Assembly (NCBI GenBank): GCA_024137785.1
Contig: JAHRHZ010000032.1
Span: 13,688,400-13,752,399 of the forward strand
Direction: 5' to 3'
Source of the DNA: Ginglymostoma cirratum
Taxonomy: Eukaryota
DNA length: 64,000 bases
Shown piece after piece: positions 10,700 to 24,444 of the stretch. A program made the translations under genes and the position numbers. The notes beneath the pieces are model-generated. The model saw only the letters and a list, made by a program, of their open reading frames with translations, had not been told where the DNA came from and searched no databases. Position 1 is the first letter of the stretch. Each line of letters starts with the position of its first letter.

Positions 10700-13575
10700 T
10701 AGGGTCTGAGGTGCATTTGTTTTAATGCGAGAAGTGTAGTATGAAAGGCAGATGAACTTAGGGCTTGGATTAGTACCTGGGAGTGTGATGTTATTGATAT
10801 TACTAATACATGGTTGAGGGAAGGACAAGACTGGAAACTAAATATCTCAGGATATAGATGCTTCAGGCGGGATAGAGAGGGAGGTAAAAGGGGTGGAGGA
10901 GTTGCATTACCGGTCAAAGAGGACATCACAGCTGTGCTGAAGGAGGGCACTATGGAGGACTCGAGCAGTGAGGCAATATGGGCAGAGCTCAGAAATAGGA
11001 AGGGTGTGATAAAAATATTGGGGCTGTACTACAGGTCTCCCAACAGCGATCGTGAGATAGAGATACAAATATGTAGACAGATGGAAAGATGTAGGAGCAA
11101 CAGGGTGGTGGTGATGGGAGATTTTAATTTTCCCAACGTTGACTAGGATTCACTTAGTGTTAGGGGTTTAGATGGAGCAGAATTTGTAAGGAGCATCCAG
11201 GAGGGTTTTATAGAGCAGTATGTAAATAGCCCAACTTGGGAAGGGGCCATAGTGGACCTGGTGTTGGGGAATGAGCCCGGCCAGGTGGTTGAAGTTTCAG
11301 TAGGGGATTACTTTGGGAATAGTGATCACAATTCCGTAAGTTTTAGAATACTCATGGACAAAGACGAGAGTGGTCCTAAAGTAAGAGTGCTAAATTGGGG
11401 GAAGGCCAACTATAGCAAAATTCAGCAGGAGCCGGGGAATGTGGATTGGGAGCAGCTGTTTGAGGGTAAATCCACATTTGATATGTGGGAGGCTTTAAAG
11501 AGAGGTTGATTAGAGTGCAAGCCAGACATGCCCCCATGAAAATAAGGGATAGAAAGGGCAAGATTAGGGAACCATGAATGACAGGTGAAATTGTGAGACT
11601 AGCAAAGAGGAAAAAGGAAGCATACATAAGGTCTAGGTAATTGAAAACAGATAAAGCTTTGGAAGAATATCGGGAAAGTAGGACCAATCTGAAATGAGGA
11701 ATTAAGAGGGCTAAAAGGGGTCATGAAATATCTTTAGCAAACAGGGCTTAGGAAAATCCCAAAGCCTTTTATTCATACATAAGGAGCAAGAGTGTAACTA
11801 GAGAAAGGGTTGGCCCACTCAAGGACAAAGGAGGAAAGTTATGCGAGGAGTCAGAGAAAATGAGTGAGATTCTTAATGAGTACTTTGCTTCGGTATTCAC
11901 CGAGGAGAGGGATATGATGGACGTTGAGGTTAGGGATAGATGTTTGATTATTCTAGATCAAATCAGCATAACGAGGGGTGAAGTGTTGGGTATTCTAAAA
12001 GGCATTAAGGTGGACAAGTCCCGAGGTCTGGATGGGATCTATCCCAGGTTACTGAAGGAAGCGAGAGAGGAAATAGCAGGAGCCTTAACAGATATCTTTG
12101 CAGCATCCTTGAGCACGGGTGAGGTCCCGGAGGACTGGAGAATTGCCAATATTGTCCCCTTATTTAAGAAGGGTAGCAAGGATAATCAGGTAATTATAGA
12201 CCGGTGAGCCTGACGTCAGTGGTGGGGAAGCTGCTGGAGAAGATACTGAGGAAAAGGATCTATTTACATTTGGAAGAAAATGGGCTTATTAGGCAGCATG
12301 GTTTTGTACAGGGAAGGTCATGTCTTACCAACTTGATAGAATTCTTTGAGGAAGTGACAAAGTTGATAGATGAGGGAAGGGCTGTAGATGTCATATACAT
12401 GGACTTCAGTAAGGTGTTTGATAAGGTTCCTCATGGTAGGCTGTTGGAGAAAGTGAAGTAGCATGGGGTCCAGGGTGTACTAGCTAGATGTATAGAGAAC
12501 TGGCTGGGCAACAGGAGACAGAGGGTTGTAGTGGAAGGGAGTTTCTCAAAATGGAGAACTGTGACCAGTGGTGTTCCACAGGGATCGTGTTGGGACCACT
12601 GTTGTTTGTGATATCCATGAATGATCTGGAGGAAGGTATATACGGTCTAATTAGCAAGTTTGCAGATGACACTAAGATTGGTGGAGTAGTAGATAGTGAA
12701 GGGGACTGTCGGAGAATGCAGCAGAATATATATAGATTGGAGAGTTGGGCGGAGAAATGGCAGATGGACTTCAATCCAGGCAAATTGAGGTGATGCATTT
12801 TGGAAGATCTAATTCAAGAGCGAACTATACAGTAAATGGAAAAGCCCTGGGGAAATTTGATACACAGAGAGATCTGGGTGTTCAGGTCCATTTGTGCCCT
12901 GAAGGTGGCAACGCAGGTCAATAGAGTGGTCAAGAAGGCATATGGCATGCTTTCATTCATCGGACGGGGTATTGAGTACCAGAGTTGGCAGGTCATGTTG
13001 CAGTTGTATAGGACTTTGGTTCAACCACATTTGGAATGCTGCGTACAGTTCTGGTCGCCACCAAAGAATGTGGATGCTTTGGAGAGGGTGCAGAGGAGGT
13101 TCATCAGGATGTTGCCTGGTATGGAGGGCGCTAGCTATGATGAGAGTTTGTGTAGATTAGGATTACATTAGAAAGACGGAGGTTGAGGGGGTACCTGATT
13201 GAGGTCGACAAAATCATAAGAGGTATAGACAGGGTGGATAGCAAGAAGCTTTTTTCCCAGAGTGGGGGACTCAATTACTAGGGGTCACGATTTCAAGGTG
13301 AGATGGGAAAAGTTTAAGGGAGAAATGTGTGGAAAGTTCTTTACGCAGAGGGTGGTGGGTGCCTGGAACACATTGCCAGCAGAGGTGGTAGAGTTGGGCA
13401 TGATAGCATCATTTAAGATATATCTAGACAGATATATGAATGGGCAGGGAGCAGAGGGATACAGTTCCTTGGAAAATAGGCGACAGGTTCAGTTAGAGGA
13501 TCTGGATCGGTGCAGGCTTGGAGGGCCGAAGGGCCTGTTCCTGTGCTGTAATTTTCTTTGTTCCTTGTTCTTTTG
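10700..13575 (+). mobile_element. Near-complete CR1 LINE ORF2 (APE endonuclease + RT) with stops and frameshifts
   Basis: EN motifs CFNARS, VVVMGDFNFPNVD, SDHN; RT motifs QHGFVQGRSCLTNL, DFSKVFDKVPH, FADDTKI; 3' end GGGCCGAAGGGCCTGTTCCTGTGCTGTA plus a short T-rich tail. Confidence 0.95.
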
Positions 13576-14589
13576 TAGTACCAGATCGGTTACTTCTGGT
13601 ACACGGAGGGGATGGCCACTTGATTATCCTTCTTAAACTGCTGTACTACACAGGATACCAGGCTGTACATAATGCTGCTCAGCTTCTGTAGTTACAATGC
13701 AGAAATCTCTTTGGGCCCAGAATGAAACCAGTCTTAAACACTCAAAAAATAGGAGATGAACTAAACAACATTATAATATTCATACAATTTTTGATGGTAT
13801 CATGTTGACACATGCCTCAAAACATTTACATGCATACAGACATCTGCAACTGCACCTTCAAACCACTCCAGTACCTTCCTCACTTCCTGTTCCTTGTGGG
13901 TTTTTTTTGCTCTGAAGTGACCTAGATTTAAAGATATTTAGTTTGAGCAGTTGGTGTATGGTAAAATCAACAAGATGTCAGTATTAAGTGATTACTGATG
14001 AGCAGTTCACTGATCAGAAAGAGCTGCTAAGTTGTGATGTCTATTGACTACTCTGCTGAATTGAGCTGTGGGGACATGTAAATTGAATTCAGCTCATGAC
14101 TAGTGCTCAGATATGGTGAGATTAGTGGTGGGCATAGTGCTATTTCACAGTATCAGGAGAAGTTGAATAGTCCTCTTAGCTCAGCAACGATCATGTTAAA
14201 GAAATGTTGACAGTCCCATTTTCCAAGTGGCCTTTCCCATCATTCTGAAACTCTGATTTGATTATATCAAGTTTACTTCTTATGGATGGACTTGTCAATC
14301 AATCTAGACTCAAGTTTACATCTGGTTCATAAATATATCTCAGGATCCCTAGTTGGTTGCTATCTGTTACTCTCTCCTGGAAAGATTCTGTTGAAGGGAG
14401 GTGGGGAGGGTGGGATATTGGGGAAGAGTATAGAAGAGTATAGGAATTCAGCATTGATAAGATTGATTTTGGTGGCTGTCCAACATGTGGGGAGAAATGT
14501 GTGCCTTAATTTTGAAAGGCCTGAGATTTAAACTTTGGGCTGGATTCTCCAGAATGTATGTGCGCCTATATGTGCATATGTGAAGGAGA

Positions 14590-15888
14590 GAGATATCTAT
14601 TTCAAGCCTACCGACTCCCACAGCTACCCAGAATACACCTCCTCTCACCCACCTTGGTGCAAAAATGCCATCCCTTATTTCTAATTCCTTCACCTTCGCC
14701 GCATCTGCTCCCGAGATGAGGCATTCCATTCCTGGACATTCAAGGAACGCAACTTACCCTCCACAGTGATCGAAAATGCCCTCAACTGCATCTCTTGCAT
14801 TTCCTGCAACTCATCCCTCACACCCTCTCCCCGCAATAACAACAAAAGCAGAATCCCCCTCAGCCTCACAAATCACCCCACCAACCTCCGGATCCAACGC
14901 ATCATCCTCCACCACTTTTGCCACCTGCAATCTGACCCCACTACCAAAGACATTTTTTTCCTCCCTACCCTTGTCTGCCTTCCAGAGGGACCACTCTCTC
15001 CGTGACTCCCTTGTCCGCTCCACACTCCCCACTAGCCCCACCACCCCCGGCACTTTTCCCTGCAACCGCAGGAAGTGCTACACCTGCCCCTACACCTCCC
15101 CCCTCACCCCCATCCCAGGCCCCAAGAAAACCTTTCACAATAAACAGGTGTTCACCCGTACATCTGCTTATGTGGTGTATTGTATCTGCTGTTCCCGATG
15201 TGGCCTCCTCTACATCGGTGAAACCAAGCGGAGGCTTGGAGACTGCTTTGTGGAACACCTACGCTCAGTTCACGACAAATGACTGCACCTTCCAGTCGCG
15301 AACCATTTCAACTCCCCCTCCCACTCTTTGGACGACATGTCCATCCTTGGCCTCCTCCAGTGCCACAACGAAGCCACCCGAAAGTTGCAGGAACAGCATC
15401 TCATATTTTGCTTGGGAATCCTGCTGCCCAATGGTATCAATGTGGACTTCACAAGCTTCGAAATCTTGCCGCCCCCGACCACATCCCAAAACCAGCCCAG
15501 CTCATTCCTTCTTCCCTGACCTGTCTGTCCTTTCTCCCACCTATCCGCTCCTCCCACCTCAACCTCCACTCCCACCTCTTACTTACCAGCCTCATCCCCA
15601 CTTCCTTGACCTGTCCATCTTCCCTTGACTGACCAACCCCCATCCTAACTCCCCACCTACACTCACTTTTACTGGCCCCATCCCCGCCTCCTTGACCTGT
15701 CTGTCTCCTCTCTACTATCTGCTCTTTTATCCATCTTCCATCCCCCTCCCCCTCTCTCTCTATTTATTTCAGAATCCCCTTCCCTCCCCCATTTCTGAAG
15801 AAGGATCCAGACCCAAAACGTCAGCTTTCCCGCTCCTCTGATGCTGCTTGGCCTGCTGTGTTCATCCAGCTCTACACCTTGTTATCTC
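14590..15888 (+). mobile_element. Penelope-like element, 5'-truncated (RT thumb/linker, GIY-YIG endonuclease, 3' pLTR with hammerhead core)
   Basis: PGTFPCNRRKCYTC...VVYCICCSRCGLLYIGETKRRLGDCFVEHLRS; 3' CTGAAGAAGGATCCAGACCCAAAACGTC; approximate TSD TGTGCATATGT (14571-14581) / TGGGCATATGT (15889-15899). Confidence 0.92.
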
Positions 15889-16249
15889 TGGGCATATGTT
15901 TGTGTGGGAGACACTTACCTCTGAAGTGAGCTCAAGTGATAAAGGTGTCTTTCAGAATCCTTATTCACTCTGCACGAAGTGAATCCTCAGCAATTGCAGA
16001 ATTTAACCCAAACTACCCATTTTAACCTCTAAGGAGGAGGAAACAGACTCAGAGGGCGCACTACTACATTGTTGCACTGCACCCAGCCCTGGCAGTGATA
16101 AACACACCTCAGTGGATAAGTGTAGGTCAACTGAAAGTGTTACACACCCTGGTCCAAACACATCACAGTTTCAGGGCCAGTAGCTAGGGGCTGAGATGGG
16201 CTTCTGACAGCTAGCACAGTACTGGAGAAAACCTAAATACTGAGCTCCA

Positions 16250-17600
16250 GGATGGAATAAAGTCTCTGGAATCATCTGTCAGGTGGCAGATACAACATAA
16301 GATACTTGGAGTTATGGCAGAAGTTCCAGAGTGGATATGCACATTGGTTGGAACGGAGTTCAGGAGTCTAACCATAAAAGGAGTTATGCCTCTAGTCTAT
16401 GTATAAATCCAGAGTTGTGCAAAAGGAGCTACATCATACTGACATCAGAAGACACAAAACATGAACCTGAGTCTGTAGAGCTCCAGACAACATGTGCTCC
16501 CACACCATCCTCTGAGTATGGTAGTTATGTTCAATAAAATCTGTTGTATATTTGGCATTGCGACATAATAGCAACGGGGACCAGACCCACAGAGCTGAAG
16601 ACAAGTGTTAAGAGCTTAAAAAGAAACCTAGTGATGGCACAATGAAACAGGAAGAAACTATGAGACCAGATTAGCAATCCAAATCCAGAGGAAATGCCTA
16701 AAGTGAAGCTCAGTACTAAGGTACTGAACCATGGAATGGGAGCCTGTGTGGAAGAAGACACAAGGCAGAGTGTGTGATAATTAACATGGAGAATTCAATC
16801 AGCAACACTTAGTAAAATTAGAACTACTTACAGAGTGGGGGAAGAAATGAACACTCAGAAAATACACTTGTGGGAAGTATGTGAAGAAACAAGACATGGT
16901 CTAACATTCCTTTTGGCAGGAACCAAACCTGGTCAGTTTTAAAGAGAGTCATGATTACAAAAAGATTCACCTACAAATAGCTCTAATTGCAACACAGACC
17001 TTAGCAGCCTGCAGGAGTTCCAATAGTATGGAATAGAGAGAAACAGAATGAACTTTCCCTGGGAGATATGGCAAGCCCGTAACAGAGATTTGACTCCCCT
17101 AATGGCACTGACTCACAGAACAAATTCTGGTATGCAGAGATTAAGGTAACTAACAGGAAAACAGTTCTAAATTGGATACCAGAGAGAAGATATATTAATA
17201 CTTCTGGACTTTATGTGAAAGTTGAGACCAAAAGTCCTCAGGCCATCTTTTATTCAGCTTTGGAACTTGGGATGTACTACAATCAGGGTGAAAGGCCACA
17301 TGTGTATTGTACTTTGCTGCAATGGGAAAGAGATTATGGAGATCCTATATATGATTCCTAACTATTGTGACGCTTTATTAAATGGAGGTGCTTGTATAGG
17401 TGCTTGGTGCTGGTTGACACTGAAGACACTCCAGCCCTGGTATTACAACAGATAAGGTAGACTTTCCATTTCTCTCAAAAGAGAATTTGAAAATGACGGG
17501 AAAAGAGCACGCCAGAGAATGTGGTGGCCAGCTATCAGAGGGTATTCCGGACAGTAGTTTGTTCTATCAGCGTATCACTGAAGTTGTTAATTTAATGGAA
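16250..17600 (+). mobile_element. Highly decayed Ty3/gypsy LTR retrotransposon remnant
   Basis: LTR-like end AATAAAATCTGTTG...GCGACA at ~16566, protease-like KLDT at ~17169, integrase-like ARECGGQ/WWP region ~17510-17535. Confidence 0.4.
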
Positions 17601-18129
17601 TATGAGACTTTGGATCTTCCTGTATCTTTAAATCACAGTCATAGAAATGCTAAAATATTGAAAGCGGCATTCAGCCCATCATATCTGTGCAGGCTATCTT
17701 TCATCTATCTATTCTAGTCCCATTTTCTAGCACTTGGCCTGAAGCCTTATATGCTATGGTAGTACAAGGACTCGTTTAAATACTTTTAACTTGGATTGAT
17801 TACTCGGGGATTGAGGTGACACTGTTCCTGAAAGCTCAACTGTCCCTTCTGAGAAACATTAGCCCTTTCTTACATACAAAGAAGTAAAGTTGTCTACCAA
17901 TTGCATAGAACTTCCCAAGGATACGCTGCAGCAGCAGATAAAGATGTACATCCTCAAGTTGAAAGCAGTACCACTGCTGGGAAGCACAGAAGTAACCTTG
18001 TGCTAATTCAATCAGTTCAGAAAGCAAGTAAAGCTTCAAAAAGATTCTACAGTCAGTGAAGTGACCACAGAAGGTGAAGTATCAAAAATTATGGAGCTAG
18101 AGAGAGGTTCTCAGTTATGGATCAGACAG

Positions 18130-18281
18130 GTCAATAGATGTGAAGCTGGAAAAGAACAGCAGATAAGACAGCATCTGAGGAGCAGGATTTCAGACATCGG
18201 ACGCTGAATGACCTGCTGCGCTTTTCCAGCTTCACTGCTATTGACTCTGGCTTCCAGCATCTGCAGTCCTTACTATTTCCA
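18130..18281. mobile_element. Penelope-derived fold-back mini-element
   Basis: CAATAG..GTGAAGCTGGAAAAGAACAGCAG and CTGCTGCGCTTTTCCAGCTTCAC..CTATTG form inverted arms, followed by the CCAGCATCTGCAGTCCTTACTAT tail. Confidence 0.75.
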
Positions 18282-19004
18282 ATTCAAACAAATTCAAGGC
18301 CTTTGAAGCTTCAGTTAATGTTTGTGGTGCCACACCTGCATTGGAAAAAGCCAGTTGTATGCCACAAATCTTTACAATCATGCACTGACAGCACCAAAGT
18401 GAGCTTGACATGTTTCGAGAAAAACTTTAGTCCTTGGAAATAGCCTATAAAGGAGTACAATACTAAGGAGCCAATATAAAGCTGACAGGAGGAAAGGAGA
18501 TGCTTAAGTCCAAAGTGAATATTCATGTTCAACCTGCAGAAGTTGTTCTATATGGATGGCAGCTAGAGGCTGAAAGACCAAACCATCAGAAAGCTGTGGG
18601 GACATCAGAGTTTTATTTCAACCAAAGCTGGCAAGACCAGGCTAATGAGCCGCTGGAGACACAAAATACCTTGGAGAAATTTAAACTTGAATGTCAAAGT
18701 GAGCTTAAACAGATCAAAGCTCAACACGAATTGGCACAAACTAACTACTTTAGTGAGATTATTGAACTAAAAGACCAGCTGTCAGTAGTTAATTAGCACA
18801 ATCAAACATTGCAGGCTGAAATGAAGAAGCTAGCAGAAGATATGTGAAAATCTGTGCTCAGATAACCAGTGCTTTCACTCAAGTGACACATCAAAGAGAT
18901 ATATTGTTAGAGGAAAAAAATCTCTCTTTTGCAGAAGTGTTTAGATCTCAACGATCATGATAAGCAGTTAGCTGAAGAAAACATTCTATTTTAGTTGATG
19001 AGCA

Positions 19005-19330
19005 ATAGAATCATAGAACCCCTGCAATGCAGAAGCAGGCCATTTGGCTTATCAAGTCTGCACAGACCCCCCAAAGAGCATCCCACTCCCCTACCCTATC
19101 CCTGTAAACCTGCATTACACATGGCTAACCCACTTAGCCTGCACATCCCTGGACACTATGGGCAATTTAGCATGGCTAATCCAGCTACCCAGCACACCTT
19201 TGGACTCTGGGACGAAACTGACAGACACAGGGAGAATGTGTAAACTCCACACAGAGAGTCACCCAAGGGTGGAATTCAACCCCACTCCCTGAGGCAGCAG
19301 TGCTAACCACTGAGCTAACATGTCACCCCT
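19005..19330 (-). mobile_element. HE1-type V-SINE
   Basis: Reverse complement of the HE1 head (GAGGCAGCAGTGCTAACCACTGAGC) and ATAGAATCATAGAA tail. Confidence 0.85.
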
Positions 19331-20719
19331 TATCTTTCAAAAAGAAAGCACAGAGTGAGGTAACAAGAATTTTCATCTCCTTATTAATGAATGGAAATCA
19401 CCTTGGAATGATACGCATTGTTCAAGAAACGCTTGCAGATTTGAGCACCTCATGAAATTTCCTATTAATTGTGCTTTGGCAGTTTATTCTATTGTCCATG
19501 ATGGTACAGTGCTACTTTCCCATGGAACTCCAAAATGTTTTTGTTTACACCTCAGCAGTCTCCAACTGCAACAAAGGTGCAAGTGGTAGGTTTGCCTACA
19601 GAAAGAGAAATTTCTATCTTACTTGTAGAGGAGAAGACTTTTTTGCCTCACTTTCAGCATTGTCTTCAGAAAGTTATTTGTTCTTTTCATTTATTGGTTT
19701 CATCCCTAGTTCAGAAAGCAAAGTCTGCAAAGAGTGAGAATTTCATTTCCTTGTCTTTCTTCCCAAAAGGAACATACAAAACCTGGATTCTACTCCTTTT
19801 CCTTGATTGGTCTTCATTGCTGCTACATGCAAATCTTCTTGAGTATCACAGAAGCTGGCATCCTATTCTATTAATGTATTGGTCTTCGAAACAAACAAGG
19901 AAGCATACACAGCCTATATGTCCTGTAAGGTAACACAGAATGCCACTGGAGATTACTTCCATCTTCCTAACCACCTCCCCCCGATGCCAAATGCTGACTC
20001 TTTCGCACGAGGAATTACACTGAAGGAGTTAAATTTTCTTGATTAAAGATTAATGCTAAAAAGGTTACCATGACATAACTTTGGAGAGGATGCGTAAAGG
20101 GAATTATACCTTCAATTTAAGTGCATGTGCAAATGTAGCTCTGTCGTAAATCACATGTCAGTTTACATGTGACTGGAGCCTGTGACTGTAGCATTCCAGA
20201 TAACATGATAAAACTTGTTGCTGTTTACTCACAAGAGTATAGAACATTTAGTACTTATTATCTGGGACATGAGTGTTGTAGTCATCCACTTTTCAGAAGG
20301 CATTCAGAGATTTGTGACTGTCTTAGACAGCCAAATGTTGCAGCTCACTGATGGGATACTGAGTTTGTCATCTGACATGCATTCTTTTGATTTGTCTCAG
20401 AACACTAGGGGTCAGAGGCTAAGGTGAGAGGAAGACAGGGCTCCTGGAGCTGTAGCCAAGTTCTCTCAGGGAAGCAGAAGGGGTAAAAAGGATGATAGGA
20501 CAGTGGATGAACAACCGCTTTTGTTTCTTAAGGGCTGTTCCGAGGGGGTAGTCTCTCCTCTGTCCCCCTACCATTGACATCAATGCCTCAGAATACCATG
20601 GTGACAGATGAGACTCCTGCCCCTAACCAGGAAACTCTGACAATTGATACTCTGACATTCAGTCATACTCCTGACTTGTGCTTGTGCCAGGTAGACAGGC
20701 TTTGCAGATTCACAAGATT

Positions 20720-21065
20720 GCTAGCTCTGACCTGCTCTTAAAGCAGAGGTAAGAGAATAGCTTGTGCATTGTTTGTGCATTTATATGGCTAGACCATTTC
20801 AATTTCTAGCCAATGGTAACCCAAGATGTTAATATTAGGGGAATGAGTGATGGTAATGTCATTGGATGTTAAGAGGTAATGGTGAGATTGTCTCTTAATG
20901 CAGATGGTTATTGATTGCATTTATGTGGTGTGAATTTTACTTGCTACGTATTAGTTCAAATCTGGATATTGTCCAGGTTCCACTGAATTTGGACATGGAT
21001 TGCTTCAGTATATAAGAAGTCACGAATGATGTTGAACATTATGCAATCGTTAATGAACATACCCA
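20720..21065 (-). mobile_element. L2/CR1-clade LINE fragment
   Basis: GCTCTGACCTGCTCTT...GGATATTGTCCAGG...TTGCTTCAGTAT; homologous to 24200-24400. Confidence 0.55.
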
Positions 21066-22401
21066 TGCGTTGGTCAGTGGAGGGGAAAGGAGAAAAAAGG
21101 TTCACTGAGGGCACATTAGGGCAACATTTTTAAAAGTTTGTTCTATTCATAAATGTTTGTTTTCCTTCATTCATCTGGTGGTCCGCATCTCTGTGTAAGG
21201 CCTGGACACATCACTGTGCCCTGTGGCATCACTCCTTGGACAGTAATTGTTGGGAATGGTCAATGATGAACACCAAATTCATCATATGGGAACAGGGTTA
21301 GCAATGTGAATACATAGCACCTGCTCGTTCTGACACCTTAGCCCAACTCCTTCAACGTTTCCTACTTTTCAGCTGTTTATGTGCATTTATCGACAGGACC
21401 CCAGCAGAATCTCTCCATTCTTTCACACAATTCAAAGAGCCCATATTGCTCAGACCCTGTAAGATTCTGCCTGTCAATACAGAAATATGGTAGTTAGCAC
21501 CACAAGCTTGTTCTGTGAGATCATGGTTCATCTTCTACATAGCCACATGTTTTGCCCAGTATTCCTTGACATCTAAATACCAATCCATTCTTTAATGATC
21601 CTCCAAGCTGCAATTCTTGGTATAGGCTTCAGTTATGTTTGTAAAAGGTATAGGCAAATCCAACTTTTCAACTTAAGACCCCATTTGACCATCTTAGAAT
21701 TTCTTCAGTGCTTGAAGTATTGTCATGGTAAATCATGGTAAGTATATAAATGCCATATTTGGGCCTCGTGTAGAGCAGTGGCAGCATCCCTGCCTCTAAG
21801 CCAGAAGGTTCATATTCCACCTGCGCTGGAAATGCATCTTAAAATGCCCACATAGGTTGATTTAAAATACTTATAAATGCCACTTCAAAGCACTGAAATT
21901 TACCAGTTTAGTGACATGGAAATGCAACCTTGTGCTTTTTCACAAGCCAGTGCAATGCACTTTAAATCACCACATCCTAATGATTTATCGGCAAGACACA
22001 AATCTGCCTCTGTATCTCACTTTCAGGCTTTACTACAATTCTCTTTCATGTTCAGCAACAAGAAGCCAAGAAGGATAATTACTGTTTAGATTGTGCAGCT
22101 ATTTAAACCATTCTAATTCCAGATTGTAGCCACATCTAAACATGGGTTTGCATCCAGATTCCACATTCAGCAAATAATTCAGCTGGAGAAGCTGGTGGCA
22201 AGTAACTCAGGTCCAGCTGTTATTATCACCGGACCAACCAACAAAACTTCCAGGTTGATAGCCCATGTGTCTTGCTGACTGATTATACTGAGAGTTACTT
22301 GCCTCCTTTTAGTGTTTTATCAAGTTTGGCGATCATGACTATCGCTCACCATGTCAAGTTGTGCTCTTGCTTAACCTAAAACCACCTGGCACGAAAACGT
22401 T

Positions 22402-22470
22402 GGAAAGTCCCTGTCCAAAAGTCAATGTAACAAAAACAACTTTGCTCTAGGCAAACTCTGAAATGAGTCA
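22402..22470. promoter_or_regulatory. Candidate NF-kB + AP-1 enhancer module
   Basis: GGAAAGTCCC (reverse complement of the classic kB site GGGACTTTCC) at 22402-22411 and TGAGTCA at 22464-22470, in repeat-poor DNA. Confidence 0.3.
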
Positions 22471-23669
22471 GGTCTTGTTTCCCTCTGACTTGTCTGCTAT
22501 TTTTCAATGTATTAATTGTGCACTGGGGCCAAACCTCATTATTACCATGAAATTCTGTGTGAGGTCAAATTTGTATCAGATTTCCATTTAATTGAGGCTT
22601 GCAGTTGCTGGCCACGAAATGAACTCCACTGCAACAAAATCATTATCAACTTCCACTACGTGCCGTTCCATTATAGCACCTTTGAAAGTGGGAGGGTGCA
22701 GAGAAAAGCTTTCCAAAATTCCTAACCCTGTTTGCATCATTGGACTGTCAGCTGTAAACTGCAGTCTGCCAAGGGGAAATACCGTACATTGTAATGTTTG
22801 TTTGATATCGCGGTGTTTTGCATATCACATAATTTTCTGCAAGTTTAAAGAACAGCTAGTCAGCTCTTTAACGAGTTAGGTAAATCAACAGCAGTCCTGA
22901 CAGTGAAAACTCCGAAAATCTATTGAAAGGAAGTATAGATCTGTATTGATTTAATTCAAATTGGGCATCAAACTCCTTTCTGCAGAAAAAAGCCTAAGAC
23001 TAATTTATTTTGTATGCAAACAATTTGTTTGTTACACATACTTTAATGATGATGTTACCATTCTACTTTTCCTTTTACTAATTATTTGCAAAAATAAACA
23101 AACGTATTTAAAGAGTAATATTGAAGAATAATATTTAACACAGCAGAAAAATCTATCTTCATGCTTCTTAAATAAAACAGTTTACCTTACAAACTAACAC
23201 AGCCAACATTTTCTAAGTTGGCAGCAAATAACTATTCAACATCAATGCATCAGTGTCTCTGGAGATGTTCAATATCAAACTATGTTTGCCAATACCTCCA
23301 CTTAGTCACTATCTGTAAACATTGTTGTTCAAGATGTTTTTGAATGTTCTTTTAGAAGAGAAAGTTTTCTCCCATGTGGGTGGTTCATAGATAGAAGTTC
23401 AAGTGAAAACTGTGAGCTGTATTTTAGATCCTGCTGGAAATGGGATCAGAGGTATATAGGAACTAAAAAAAAAGTCCCACCAGCCAGTCACTGTCTACTT
23501 CGTTCCAGGTCATTTTCATGGTAGAAGAATTGTATAGGGGGAAAGGCTATTTGCACACACATAATTGGTAGTTGACATATTTCAATAAACTTTATTGTTA
23601 GAAATTGTTAGAAATTTCTAGTTAGCCTTCATTTTCCCACAGGCAAGGGCCTCCTTTTTTTTTAATATA

Positions 23670-24440
23670 TTCAATCATGTGACATGAGCATCACTGGCTG
23701 GACCAGCCTTTATTGCCTGTAGCCAGTTGCCTGTGAGAATGTAGTGAGCAGCCTTTTTGAACCACTGCTGTTCAAGTGATGTAGGTTGACTGCACTTAGG
23801 GAGGGAATTCCAGGATTTTGATGAAGTGACAATGAATGAATGCTGGTAATTTTCCAACTCAGGATAGTGAGTGGCTTGGAGGAGAACTTGCAGGTATCTG
23901 TTGCCCTTTTCCTTCCAGATGGTAGTGGTTGTTCTTTTGAAAGGCGCAGGCTATGGAGCTTTGGTAAATTTCTGCAGGGCATACTGATTCTGCTGAACTC
24001 TGGTGGTGGAAATGAGTAGATTTTTGTGGATACCGTACCAATCAAGTGGACTGCTTTGTCCTGGATGATGTCAAGCTTTTTGAGTGGTCTTGGAGCTGTA
24101 GCAATCCAGGCAAGTGTTGATCATTCTATCACACTCCTGGCTTGTGCCTCGTAGATGGTAGGGAGACGTTAGGGGCTTGGGAGATGCATTACTCATTGCA
24201 GGATTCCTAGCCTCTGACCTGCTCTTGTAGCCACTGTATTTATATGGCTAGCCCAGTTCAGTTGCTGGTCAATGGCCAAAATTGCATTTGGACAGCATTC
24301 AAGGGATCACAAATGGTATTGACCATTGTGCAATCATCAGCAAACATCTCTATTTCCGATAAAGCAGCTGAATACGGTTGGGCCTAGGACTCTACACTGC
24401 GGAACTCTTGCAGAGATGTCCTGGAGCTGAGATGATTGTC
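23670..24440 (-). mobile_element. L2/CR1-clade LINE 3' part
   Basis: Minus-strand SKSWNSLP...FKKAAHY peptide and tail GGCAATAAAGGCTGGTCCAGCCAGTGATGCTCATGTCACATGATTGAAT. Confidence 0.7.
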
Positions 24441-24444
24441 TCCA

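Larger units (their letters stand above)
17830..19400 (+). pseudogene. Decayed coiled-coil protein-coding-like region, interrupted by Penelope and HE1 insertions
   Basis: ORF 18500-18796 (LEKFKLECQSELKQIKAQHELAQ...IIELKDQLSVVN) continues in frame past TAG as HNQTLQAEMKKLAEDM; upstream KDTLQQQIKMYILKLK-like heptad-rich pieces. Confidence 0.4.
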
